DNA of 64,000 nucleotides, taken from contig JAQGDQ010000224.1 in the NCBI GenBank assembly GCA_030141605.1, forward strand, positions 62,001 through 126,000, read 5' to 3'. The DNA comes from Tubiluchus corallicola. Its lineage: Eukaryota > Animalia > Priapulida. The position numbers and the translations under genes were made by a program. Positions 11,665-23,200 of the stretch are shown piece after piece. Positions within the stretch are counted from its first letter, which is position 1. Every line of letters starts with the position of its first letter. The notes under the pieces were generated by a model. That model made no database searches and was not told the origin of the DNA. It saw nothing but the letters and a program-made list of their open reading frames with translations.

Positions 11665-12886
11665 CGATTTACGACAGTGTCTAAGTAGTGTCGTAAGTCA
11701 ATGCACTTAAGAAAATGATTTTGGAACGCAACTATGAATCTGACCCTGGAGTTTTTAAATGACACGACAAAGATTCAATGTTACAAAAGCTGACAGACGA
11801 CACAACAATGGAGGTCCTTTACAGACTATTAATTAATAAGTGGCAAGTCGAAAAGCAAGAAATAACGTTGGCCTAATACAAAATCGAGTATTGAAGACCT
11901 TAAACCGTTATTTTAAAGGTAACAATTTAATAGCAATATGTCCCACTGGTTATAACCAAGGTTGTTGTATATATGGCTGATCTGGTACAGTGACTGCATT
12001 TCCAATGCAAATATCACGTGATGCAAAGCATGCTACGCAAAGAAAGTTCTCTATCTTTGGCACATCATGCCGGGGGTAAATAACAGTCCTTGCAATTCAA
12101 CTAAAAAACACTAGATGTGGTAAATTCTGGTATAACGTCTCAGCGTTTATCATCGATTTGAAAGCAATGTTGGCGGTAAAAATAATTGAGCGAGGATTTG
12201 GTTTTTATCTCCGAAAAAACGAATAAAAAAAATTCTCAGTTTTCATTAGACAGTACCGAGGAATTGCAGGGCTAAATAAGCACGAATTTTCGCATTCATG
12301 CCCTCTTACGCTGACGATCTACGTGCAACCCTTGATAATTACATGCATGGTCCGATTTAACAAAAATTTAAACCAATTAAAACTACATGTCGAGAAGGCA
12401 TAATAAAATTTTTAGTAATTTACAATTGTTTGTAAATCAAACCGCGTTTAGAAATATACTTTGTTCGCTGCAATTAAATTTAAAAAATAATAGAAACTAC
12501 TTATAATCGTAGTATTATTATAATGATGATGATAATAATGACAACGACAATTTGTGGCGGCAGCAGCAATTGTGGTTAACCAAACGTCTAAAAAAAACTA
12601 ATGGCATCGACTAACGGCTAACAGACTAGCTTCACTATCGTACAAAAAGTTAATAAATAAATTAGATTTATTGTGAATTCTGAAGCCAATTCTTAAAATT
12701 TGACGACTAAATTACATTCAATGTGTTTTAATTTTGTTTTCTTTATTCTTTTTGATATTACCATTATTAAATTTTTGTTCTTTTTCTAACAAAGATGCTG
12801 GCGTCTCAAACACTTGATATACCGGTACCTATTTTATTTGTCACCTTAATTACAATAATTACCATTCTACTGTTATAGGCACTCAC

Positions 12887-13120
12887 CTTTGCCCGAAATT
12901 GGCAGAACTTCCTAAAACGGATGAATGATGTGTTCGTTCTCAACGTGAATAAGAGTCTTTTCCAAAGCGAGGCACGGTCTTGATTTCTCGCACTTTTTCA
13001 TAACAGCACACCAAACAGTTCACGAATTTCTTCGTAAGAGTCAGAAAAACTCTTCTTTTAGTAGAGCAAAAACTACGTTCTAACAATTGATGTCGAAATG
13101 CTTAGACGTTAGGTTCAATG
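12887..13120 (-). other. Candidate non-coding first exon of the FoxJ1-like gene (5' end uncertain), with a 29-aa uORF at 13001-12912
   Basis: A consensus donor AAG|GTGAGT lies at 12887/12886 on - in a locally CpG-richer segment just downstream of an X-box. The FoxJ1 ATG is preceded by acceptors (exon starts 6494 or 6516) and an in-frame TAA, so an upstream UTR exon is expected. Confidence 0.45.
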
Positions 13121-13184
13121 TTACTGTTGCACCACATGTGCGAGTTGAGCTAGTAACTTATGTAAACTCTATTATTCATTAGCC

Positions 13185-13198
13185 GTCTCCATGACGAC
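13185..13198. promoter_or_regulatory. RFX X-box
   Basis: GTCTCC-AT-GACGAC fits the 14-bp imperfect palindrome of ciliary-gene X-boxes. A GTTGCC half-site lies at 13224. Confidence 0.55.
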
Positions 13199-13741
13199 GT
13201 GATAACAACATAACCTCCCACTTGTTGCCAGAGCCGCTGGCTCAATTTTTACCCTCCTCCAGATGTGCATGTAATGAGACTGATTGAACAGTTGTGATCA
13301 ACGTGTCTGAAATTTCGCTGATTTTTCGAATGTGTTTCGTGATTTTCATCACAGTACAATAATTTATCAACTCGACCACTTTATATTTGCAATATAATTA
13401 AAAAAGTTTAACTTGAATGGTTTCCAGTTTCATATAATCCAATCTATCATGTCTTCACCCCTGGTCTAGCTCCTATGCTCTCACAAGTCACGCACACGAT
13501 GACATTATGACTCCATAATTGTTTATCAAACGCGTTTTACAACATTAAAATTTAAGTGGTTAATTTCTAACGCTCTACAATCTGTAATATCGGCGATATG
13601 TACGTACTTCATCGATGTCTATCTACCTCTAGTCACCATAAAAATCCGACTGATTGGTGTGCTGCCCCATTACTTATCGCATTGTCCATTTTATATTCAC
13701 TTGCTTATCAATCGCATGTGTTTTAATGGCAATTAGGAATT

Positions 13742-14090
13742 TATCTATCTGTCTATCTATCTATCCATCCATTCATCCATCTATCTATCTGTCTGTGTGT
13801 CTGTCTGTCTGTCTGCCTGTCTGTCTGCCTGCCTGCCTGCCTGCCTGTCTATCTATGTATGTATGTATGTATGTATGTATGTATGTATGTATGTATGTAT
13901 GTATGTATGTATGTATGTATGTATGTATGTATGTATGTATGTATGTATGTATGTATGTATGTATGTATCTGTCTGTCTGTCTGTCTGTCCGTCCGTCCGT
14001 CCTTCCATCCGTCCATCCATTTGTCCATCCATCCATCCATTCCTCCTTCTCTCCCTCCATCCATCTATCCATTCATCAATCCATCCATTT
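13742..14090. repeat. Compound tetranucleotide microsatellite (TATC/TGTC/TGCC/TATG/TCCA)
   Basis: Directly visible; it explains the low-complexity ORFs here. Confidence 0.95.
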
Positions 14091-14317
14091 ATCTGCCATA
14101 TAGTAACTGTGGTGGTAATATCTGCTCGAATAAGTTTTGTAATGTGTACTTACTATATGTAGTGTGTGGAGCAGCAATATTGATCAGCTTAATTAAAACT
14201 TATGTCATGCGTTCACTAGCATGCTGTAATTAAAGGCTTGCTATAATGTAAAAATGCCATATTTAATTTCATAGGTTAGACATTATTAAAATGTAAGATA
14301 TTTAGTTCCAACATACC

Positions 14318-14840
14318 GTAATTTTGTCGGCCATTGGATGCATCGGGATCGCTATCCTTGAATCCGCCATGCCAATTGGCAGCATGCCAATGTCGCAAAA
14401 TAATAAAAACTATTACACTAGAAAAATGAATGCGAATAAGGCTTTTACGATAGAGACATTTAAAAAAATAATAACTTACCCGGTACATTAATTTTATCAT
14501 TAGAATTTAGCCATGGAGAAGATTTATTGAAAGGAAACTATAATTATTCGAAATAAAATAGTTGTAGAGCACTTATTTCTTTAAAATCATTAGTGTCTCA
14601 ATTTATGCATCTTATTGAAAAGACTTACTCCCATGTATAAGAGACCCCCTATTTTTAAAGTGAAAATTCTGAATAAAAAAGGGTCTCTTATACTCGGGAA
14701 AATACGGTAATTTTGTCGGCCATTGGATGCATCGGGATCGCTATCCTTGAATCCGCCATGCCAATTGGCAGCATCCCAATGTCGCAAAATAATAAAAACT
14801 AGTACACTAGAAAAATGAATGCGAATAAGGCTTTTACGAT
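14318..14840. repeat. Near-identical 134-bp direct repeats (14318-14451 and 14707-14840) around a Tc1/mariner-like MITE end
   Basis: The copies are offset by 389 bp. Between them is the inverted pair TATAAGAGACCC...GGGTCTCTTATA followed by CTCGGGAAAATACGGTA, a TA-CCGTATTTT-type terminus. Confidence 0.75.
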
Positions 14841-14924
14841 TTTCTGTAAGATATTTTCTAGCACTGTGAAGTTGCACCACCACCACCTTCTATTACCAGT
14901 AAGACTCATGTTTTCAATGAGTAG

Positions 14925-15258
14925 TAACAGTATTAGGCTAGATTCCTTGTGAAAGCTTCTTACACTTAAAGTATTAAAAATCAAGCAAGGGCTACTAGAA
15001 AAAAATTTCTATCTATATCATGGATATATCAACAAGTTTACTTAATGAGAATCTATTATTCTTGGTTGAAATCCCACCTGTGGCAAGAATTTTGTTTCAT
15101 TTTTATATCTTTATTTAGGTGGAATCTACTTAAGTCACCTTTAGATGCATGATAGAAACTAAACCTTCGTTGTGTGTGCATGACACAATGGAATTGTTAT
15201 TTCCATGTACAGTATTGCTCATTTTTAACATAATTATTTACAAGTGCTTCAAAAATTT
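14925..15258 (+). repeat. 334-bp near-identical copy of 19277-19610
   Basis: Colinear at offset 4352 with only a handful of substitutions. Confidence 0.9.
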
Positions 15259-16228
15259 CCATTTTAATTTAGCCTTTATCCCACCATGCCCTTCGAATTT
15301 AATGGCTTTTACACTAAATACTCGTTGTTTTTGTACCCTTTCAGCAATAAATTGTGGTATTGTACACGTAGTGCATGGTGACTAGTGACTAATTAGCAAT
15401 TTGTCAGACCTGTACTACATTCTCCTGTTACAAAGCAAAGCTAAATACCCACAGAGTAGGTGGGAAGCTGTTTATAAAAACCACGCAGGTCTACATTCAC
15501 AAGAACGAATATCACAATTAATTTAACTCCAATGGAATGATGACACTCTTATCGTAATTTTTACTTTGCTTCAATTTTCCGACATTAATTTTAGTCATTT
15601 GAAGAAGTGAAGAGAGTTTGCCTATATTGTAGAAATACTCATATAATAGAAATATTACGTGTTATTGTTAGTCATAAGAATAATGCAATAGTATTGTACA
15701 AATGTATACTTTCGTGGTCCACGCAAAGGCGCGCGTTCGTATTGTGCACAAAACACTTTGCAGTTATTCTCTCTACAAATGTACGTGTGCAAAAACTGTA
15801 CATGCCATATGTGAGCGATGAAGTGATCGAGTAGAATCGTGGTCGTGGGAAAACGAGCAAAGAATTCTTTCTCCTCAAAAAGATTTCGTTGTTTACTCGC
15901 TCGAACCCCAATTTATTCAAAATAACAATTTTTGCATGGTAATGGTAAGTGGACGGTTATAGCCTGGCAATTATCGCTAGTCAGGAAAACTTATAAGCAT
16001 GCTGTAGTTCTTTGACCAAAGCGATGATGATGAGCTGATGGCGTAAACGTGTTACAAGAGCGACACAAAATCATTATCTCTGTGTTTGACTCCACTGTTT
16101 TCAGTGTTTCTCTGTTCATGGGCCCGAGGGTTACTAAGTGTGTGAGTTAGAACAGAAAGAGTGGGGGAGAGTGCGTGGTTGAGAAAGGAGGGAGCGAAAT
16201 TGTACGAATAACCAAAATACACACGATG

Positions 16229-16291
16229 CTTATATATATGTGCTCTTCGGTTTAATACCTTATATATATGTGCTCTTCGGTTTAATACCTA
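16229..16291. repeat. 31-bp tandem duplication
   Basis: CTTATATATATGTGCTCTTCGGTTTAATACC occurs twice. Confidence 0.85.
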
Positions 16292-17267
16292 ATTGCGTCA
16301 GAACTTTCTTTATGACTTTCAGTCACGTATAGATCACAGGAGTGCATGTATAACGTGTAAGCATACAGTGCCCAAAGAAAGAGACAGTAAAGAGGGACAT
16401 AGGGAAAATATTGTGAGAGATACCATACTGGCACTGTACTCCACTGTGGTCTTTCCTGGTGCAGGGAGAAGTGGACCTTGCTTTAAGGAGCTTACTGCAC
16501 ATACTAGCTTCACATTAACTCTTCCTCAGGTACCTACTTTTTGTATTTTTAACCATCCTAACTATTCTCCTCACACACTTTGTTTTTAGTGTGCGCATTC
16601 AAACCGAACTAGAGACTTCAAATTGAGGGCTTGTATTGGAACAACAACAAGAAGAAAATGGCAGAGAGAAAAGATAGGAGACAGAAAAGCAAAAAAAGAG
16701 AGTGAGAAGGAAGACGACCTTCTAGAATTTGATATATTGGTTTTAGCTAAGAGAGTGGCAGTTTTAATCTACTACACCGAAAAAAGTTTTTATTCTGTCA
16801 AGACAATAAAGAGATACATGGTGAGATAGGTGTGAGACCGTTATGTTTCTGTGAACTTGTTGTTTTCTGCCAAAGTTTGCAGCAATTGTGCGATATGCCT
16901 TTTCTAATACTTAAAATTGGTAATGTTTTGTGATGATTTTCCTTTACATTTCTGCATGAGTTAATGTCAGATGAGTCGAGGAGAAGGGAACACCACAAAC
17001 TTCAGCTAAGCCACTATTAGTTTTGTAAACAAAATCAAAAATTTGCATGTGCTGGCTGCAACATCTAGAGATTTTAGTTATATTATAAAAATGGTTTCAA
17101 TACTGATTGACATCAATTTCTAAATATTGGTATTGAAAAGTAGGATGTTGTTTTTTGCACTCTGTACCTCAAGCTGTTTTGTTTTTGGACCTGTGTGGAA
17201 GAGATGCAAATTTGAAAGCTGCTTATTTTTATTTTTTGTGTAGAAAACTTGCACAAACATTTGAAGA

Positions 17268-20200
17268 ATGTTAGTTGAAGGAGCAGATGAGCATAGAGTA
17301 ATTTGTCCAGCAATAACCTGCAGTCATTATGATGGTGAAATGTTTGATAAAGAAAGTGATCATGTTGAATCAATTTCTGCTAAATCTTCTTTCTGGGGTT
17401 CACGTACAGTATCACACGGCATTAAATTTGTTAAGAAGTTAAGTACAACTGGTATGATAAGTCATCTGCTGTGCATACCTAAAAGACAGGTAGGTGCAAA
17501 ACTCTGTGCATAGACTTTGCCTAAATACTTGAATGGTAACCCTTTTAACATTAGAACATTTTACATTTAAAACGTATAATGACTTACTTAATAATGGTTA
17601 GTTAAGTATTTGTCAATGTGTCGTTTGTATGCAAGGTCGGAAATCAGTGCTGTTTCAATGTTTAGATGTTTATCTGAATACTTATTTTAGGAGTACTTTG
17701 TGATTGATGACTCAGGAATGGTGGAAGTATTTGATTACGAAGGCATCAAACTTCAGCAACTTCAACCATCATGTCCAGTAAGACAACTTGTACACGCTTG
17801 TGAAGTAAACGCTTTTGTGGGCATAAATCCTACCAAAGACAAACTACTGGTAATTTTTTTCTTTAGTTTTCAGTATTAAGTTTCAGTTTTTTTCATAAAA
17901 ATTTTGGATTTTTTGTACCTTTCAGCATCAAAATGTGGTGACAGTTGAATTGTATTTGAATAGACAACAATAGTTGGAACTTTTAAACATTGGGACTATT
18001 TTGGAGTATCTAAGGAGACGAAATGGGGCCTTACAGAAATGACCAGACAGACTAGATTAGGAAAGCCTCCTTATAGCGAAATGACATTACTACTGTAAAA
18101 CTGCATTTGATGTGTAATTAGATAATACTGTGTTGTTTTAGATACATATTACATAATTATAAACTTTACTAGTGTGCGTATCATGGATACATGCAATGCA
18201 TGAAATCACTGAAGTATATCATTCTAATACAACTTTTCATTATAATCACTGATTTGTCCTTATCATTGTCTCTATTTTGTGACTTACTCTTTACTTTATA
18301 ATTCGCTCAGCCATTTTTACGATCCTTGCCAATAATACACATCATGTGCTATTCAATATTTTATATAATAATAACATTTCTTTCGTAACTTAGTTGTATT
18401 CAATGGATATGCATCTGGAGAGTTCTACCCAGCTGGCAGAGCCTGTGATTTTACTTCTGTACAATGTTGATAATGGTGAAGTCATCACTGTTCAAACAGC
18501 TTCAGTAATTGTACGTGTTTTACCTCAAGTGTCTATTGCAAAATCTTAACTTTTTGAATTAACATACGGTAAGTTCTCATTTAACGACGCTAATGCATTC
18601 CAGCAAAACATGACGTTAAGCGAAAAGTCGCTAAATGAAACCAAGACTTTCATAGAAAGTAATGTAAAAGAATTAATATACGTTCCAGAAGCAAAAATCA
18701 ATGCTACTTAATTCATCTAAATTAAACACTTACGTGTTTTAGGCACATTTCTACTGATTAATTTGCTTCTGCTTGCTGAAAAGCTACCTATAACTCTTAC
18801 AAATACCTAGCTAACATTAACGTTAAAGTCTTGACAATGCAATTACGTGTTGAACACTGCTTAGTAAATGTCAAGTTTAAGAAGGCCTTGAGACAATTTC
18901 ATCTAGATATTGGTTGCTATAGCAATAGGTTGCAGGCAAAGTTCCTTGCATTAAGTTTGCTCCCATGTGCCCCCAAATAGTTCTTGTCTTATACAACTGA
19001 CTAGCATCCAGTCCTGAAGCAAAAACATAAATAAAAATCGTACTGTTTCATATTACTAGTGTGTTTTAAGGACAAAATAATGCAATTTTTATACTGTTTT
19101 AATGCTTCAAATTAGATGAAGATGTTGTTGACAAAATAAAAAATCGCTTTCAGCTAAGTAAAAAACCGTCATTAAAATGAATCATGTCATTAAGTGAGAA
19201 AAAGGTGTCAAATGTTTAGCATTGTTAAAATGAAAAGTCTCTAAACGGGGAGTCGCGAAGTGAGGACTTACTGTGTTAACAGTATTAGGCTAGATTCCTT
19301 GTGAAAGCTTCTTACACTTAAAGTGTTAAAAATCAAGCAAGGGCTACTAGAAAAAAATTTCTATCTATATCATAGATATATCAACAAGTTTACTTAATGA
19401 GAATCTATTATTCTTGGTTCAAATCCCACCCGTGGCAAGAATTTTGTTTCATTTTTATATCTTTATTTAGGTGGAATCTACTTAAGTCACCTTTAGATAC
19501 ACGATAGAAACTAAACCTTCGTTGTGTGTGCATGACACAATGGAATTGTTATTTCCATGTACAGTATTGTTCATTTTTAACATAATTATTTACAAGTGCT
19601 TCAAAAATTTTCACTCAGAACAATATTTCCTGAGTTTCTTTACTAATGCTTGCAGTGCTGGATGTTTCAACACAATGCTGCATACCTGGTACGCCGAATT
19701 ACCGTCAAACCTGATTCGTCGCTACGTTTCCCTTTACACTGTGCAGTGTTAGAAAGAACAGCAAGCAGAAACCAGCGACTGTATGTTTGTGCTGGACCCC
19801 ATGTTCAGGTTTGATTTTAAAGGAAAACAGGATGATTTTTCATATATCACCCCATTTTGAAGTGTGATAAAAAGTATACATTTTAACACTAACAATACTG
19901 CAAAGGCATTTCTGATAATTAAGTAATATATTAAAAACTTAATTAATGGCGGGCAAGCTCAATTATTGATGACATCACAAATGAACATAATTTTCAACAG
20001 CACAAACATTCTACCAGCGTGTTGCACGTATTTGCTTGCGAAATACGTGCAAACGAAAATTGAGTTGAAGTGCTACTGTAAAAGACTCAGTGTGAGATAT
20101 CAAAACATCAATTTTCAGATTTACAACTGTGCTCATGCATGAGCTCTCAAACGTGTCCAAAAATGAACACGTGCCTGTTTTTTGTGTAATGCATTTCCGA

Positions 20201-23200
20201 ACTGCGAGTGCTGGTGCCCATCTAACTAGTGACTGACAAAATGCACATAACAGTGAAGAACTGACCGCAGAAACATGAAATTGTGTTTGTGTTTTAATAA
20301 ATCCTTTGCATGGGTCATTCCTGAAAAAATAGTATTTATTTTTCAATATTTTAAAGAGAAGATTGTTTTGATCTACAGTTTAAGATTGGGTCCAGTTTTC
20401 CTTTAAGTAACCACTTAAATTCACTTATTATCTGGTTAATAATTTTTGCAAGCTTTTTACTAAAATGCTAAGTATGTTGTACATTTAAAGAGACATCAAG
20501 CTTTAGTGCTTCATTTTCATTCTACTAGATGTCACCACAAGTCATGCACAATATACTATTTCTAACGCTGTTATTAGAACTGTTTGTGTTGCCATATACT
20601 GTTATTATTATCTTTAAGAAATTTAATTGCATCTTTGCCTCACCAAACCTTATTATAGTTCTTGCATTTTTTTGTAATTTGCAAGTCTAGTACACACATT
20701 TTACATTTTACAAAAGCTTTACTTTATGTGAACTATGTTATCTATTACTATGCGAATTTCTGGAGTTCATGTCGATGGAACTGAGACTTAATATAGCAAT
20801 AATCAAATCAGTGATACTAACTAAAAGTAATTTAGAAATATTAGTCGCATGATTATTTTTATGATTGTCAGGTTATTCGTATTTATGATGGTACAACGAT
20901 GAATTTGATGGACCATCTTCATCGCACACAGATTACAGCAATGGCTTTCTTTGACTCGCTCAAATATCTGATGACAGGTGGTCAGGATGGATCGGGTATT
21001 GATTATTAGTTTAGCTATAGTGGAATCAGTAGTTAAAACCTGATAGAGGAACTTACAGTGATGATATTGCACAGAGTGATAGTGACGCGAGGTTATGTAT
21101 AAGAATGAAGATGATGCAGTTTTTAGTTTGTACTAATTAACGTACTAATTGTTGTATTGTACTAAGTGAAAAGAAACAAACAAATTTTATTATTGTTATT
21201 GTTGGTGCAGTGATAGGTTTTTATTAGTGGATTTATGAGCTATGAGCAGCATTATCAGGTTCTCACGGTCAGGGAAAATCCTGGAAAGTCATGGAAGTCA
21301 GGGAAAAAGATAATTTGGTAAAAAGTCATTGAAAATGATGAAAATGGGACCGATATTTTTCCAAACATATTTTTCAACGATTCGTGTTCAAATAAAATTT
21401 TGGCTATGGCAGGCTCCCAGTTTCCGATTTCTGCTCCTTAAGTAATGATTGACCGACACATTATATATCAGTATACGTATGAATGTCTATACACAAAAAT
21501 GTTTGAATATGTATTCTGATAATGCAATTTCTCTTATCTTAGCCATAGAAAATCAGTATTTGGTCAGGGAAAAGTCAGGGAAATTTATTTTAGAATTCTG
21601 TTGGAACCATGATTAAACGTGATGGAACTTGAATTGTTTCCTGTTCAAGACTGGCCATTCAGAAAAATAAAAATAAATGAAGATATTATTTTAATATTTG
21701 TATATACTTTGTTGCTATGTGGTTACATAGATTATTTGTTTTACAAGCCAAATCAATTGTCAGCATTGTGTAATAATCTATTTTGATGTTGTAACAATAA
21801 CAGATTTTTCTTGTAAATTAAAATTTATATTGACTTTTGTACCATTAAGAATCGTTCATGATTGAAGTGATGCTAAAGAAATTTCACATATAACACGATT
21901 ATTTAATCTGGTTTGGAAATTGTCATTGTGTAGACGTGATTTAATTTGAGGCAGCAGCATCATTTTTGTCAGTTTATAATTCCACTTTGTTTGTAAACGA
22001 GTGATTATTTTTTATAATGCATAGTGCCAAAGGTAGTATTGCAGCTATGATCAAAGTGGTCCAGGTGGCACTGTGATTGTGGTTGTGGTTGTGGTTGCGG
22101 TTGTTAACTTTATCAAAATTACTTTATATCACATTTATAACCTGTACAATAAAACTGACTTTGCACTTGTTGTATATGGATGTGTGCTAATACTCTTTAA
22201 ATTAAAGTATTTACAACAAGTAAAGGGTTGTTAGCTAAAGTTTTTAATGAAAGTTTGGTTTAGTAATAAATAATTTTGAATTAATTTATGTCTCTGGACT
22301 ATAATAGCCCTGCAATAGATCTTTAGTGCAAGGTGTAATGAAATTGTGCCATTTTGTGAGGTACTCCCCTATTTCAGTAAAAATTTGGAGTGATGATTTG
22401 CAGCTGCAAGCTGTTTTTATTTGCCACTCTGCTGCCGTTACAGCTCTTTCTATTCATCCTCACGGTCCCAACATTATCACTGCATCTAAAGATGGTACAA
22501 TGTGCGTATGCAATGTCGTAACCAAAGAGCAGACAGACAGGTAAGTACTTTTTGTCCAAGCAAGGTTTTAGGTCAGCTCAGTAGTATAATATAAAAAGCG
22601 TTTATTGTTGGGAATAATTTAAATTTAAATGCCAAAAGTAATTACTTATATTTCAGCATAGGTAAGGCCATTCTTATAAACACGTGTTTTTCTACCAAAG
22701 AATCTAATTTGGAACTAAGTGTTATTAGGACTAAACAAAATTTAACTTAAGTTCTGAGAAAAATCAGTTTAAGGTTAGAGTCATTTCTGATTTATTATTA
22801 GCTGAAATTTTAGTTGTCTGAGTTATAGTCAAGCAGTGCGTTACTGACTTGCTAGAACTGATAGAAACTAACTGAGTTATAGTCAAGCAGTGCGTTACTG
22901 ACTTGCTAGAACTGATAGAAACTAACTGAGTTATAGTCAAGCAGTGCGTTACTGACTTGCTAGAACTGATAGAAACTAACTGAGTTATAGTCAAGCAGTG
23001 CGTTACTGACTTGCTAGAACTGATAGAAACTAACTGAGTTATAGTCAAGCAGTGCGTTACTGACTTGCTAGAACTGATAGAAACTAACTGAGTTATAGTC
23101 AAGCAGTGCGTTACTGACTTGCTAGAACTGATAGAAACTAACTGAGTTATAGTCAAGCAGTGCGTTACTGACTTGCTAGAACTGATAGAAACTAACTGAG

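Noticed and set aside
13654-14233. Overlapping ORFs (MYVC/IHTY repeats)
   Set aside because: They are translations of a tetranucleotide microsatellite.
16658-16705. ATG in a purine-rich stretch as the WDR97 start
   Set aside because: It stops after 15 codons (MAERKDRRQKSKKRE*); at most a uORF.
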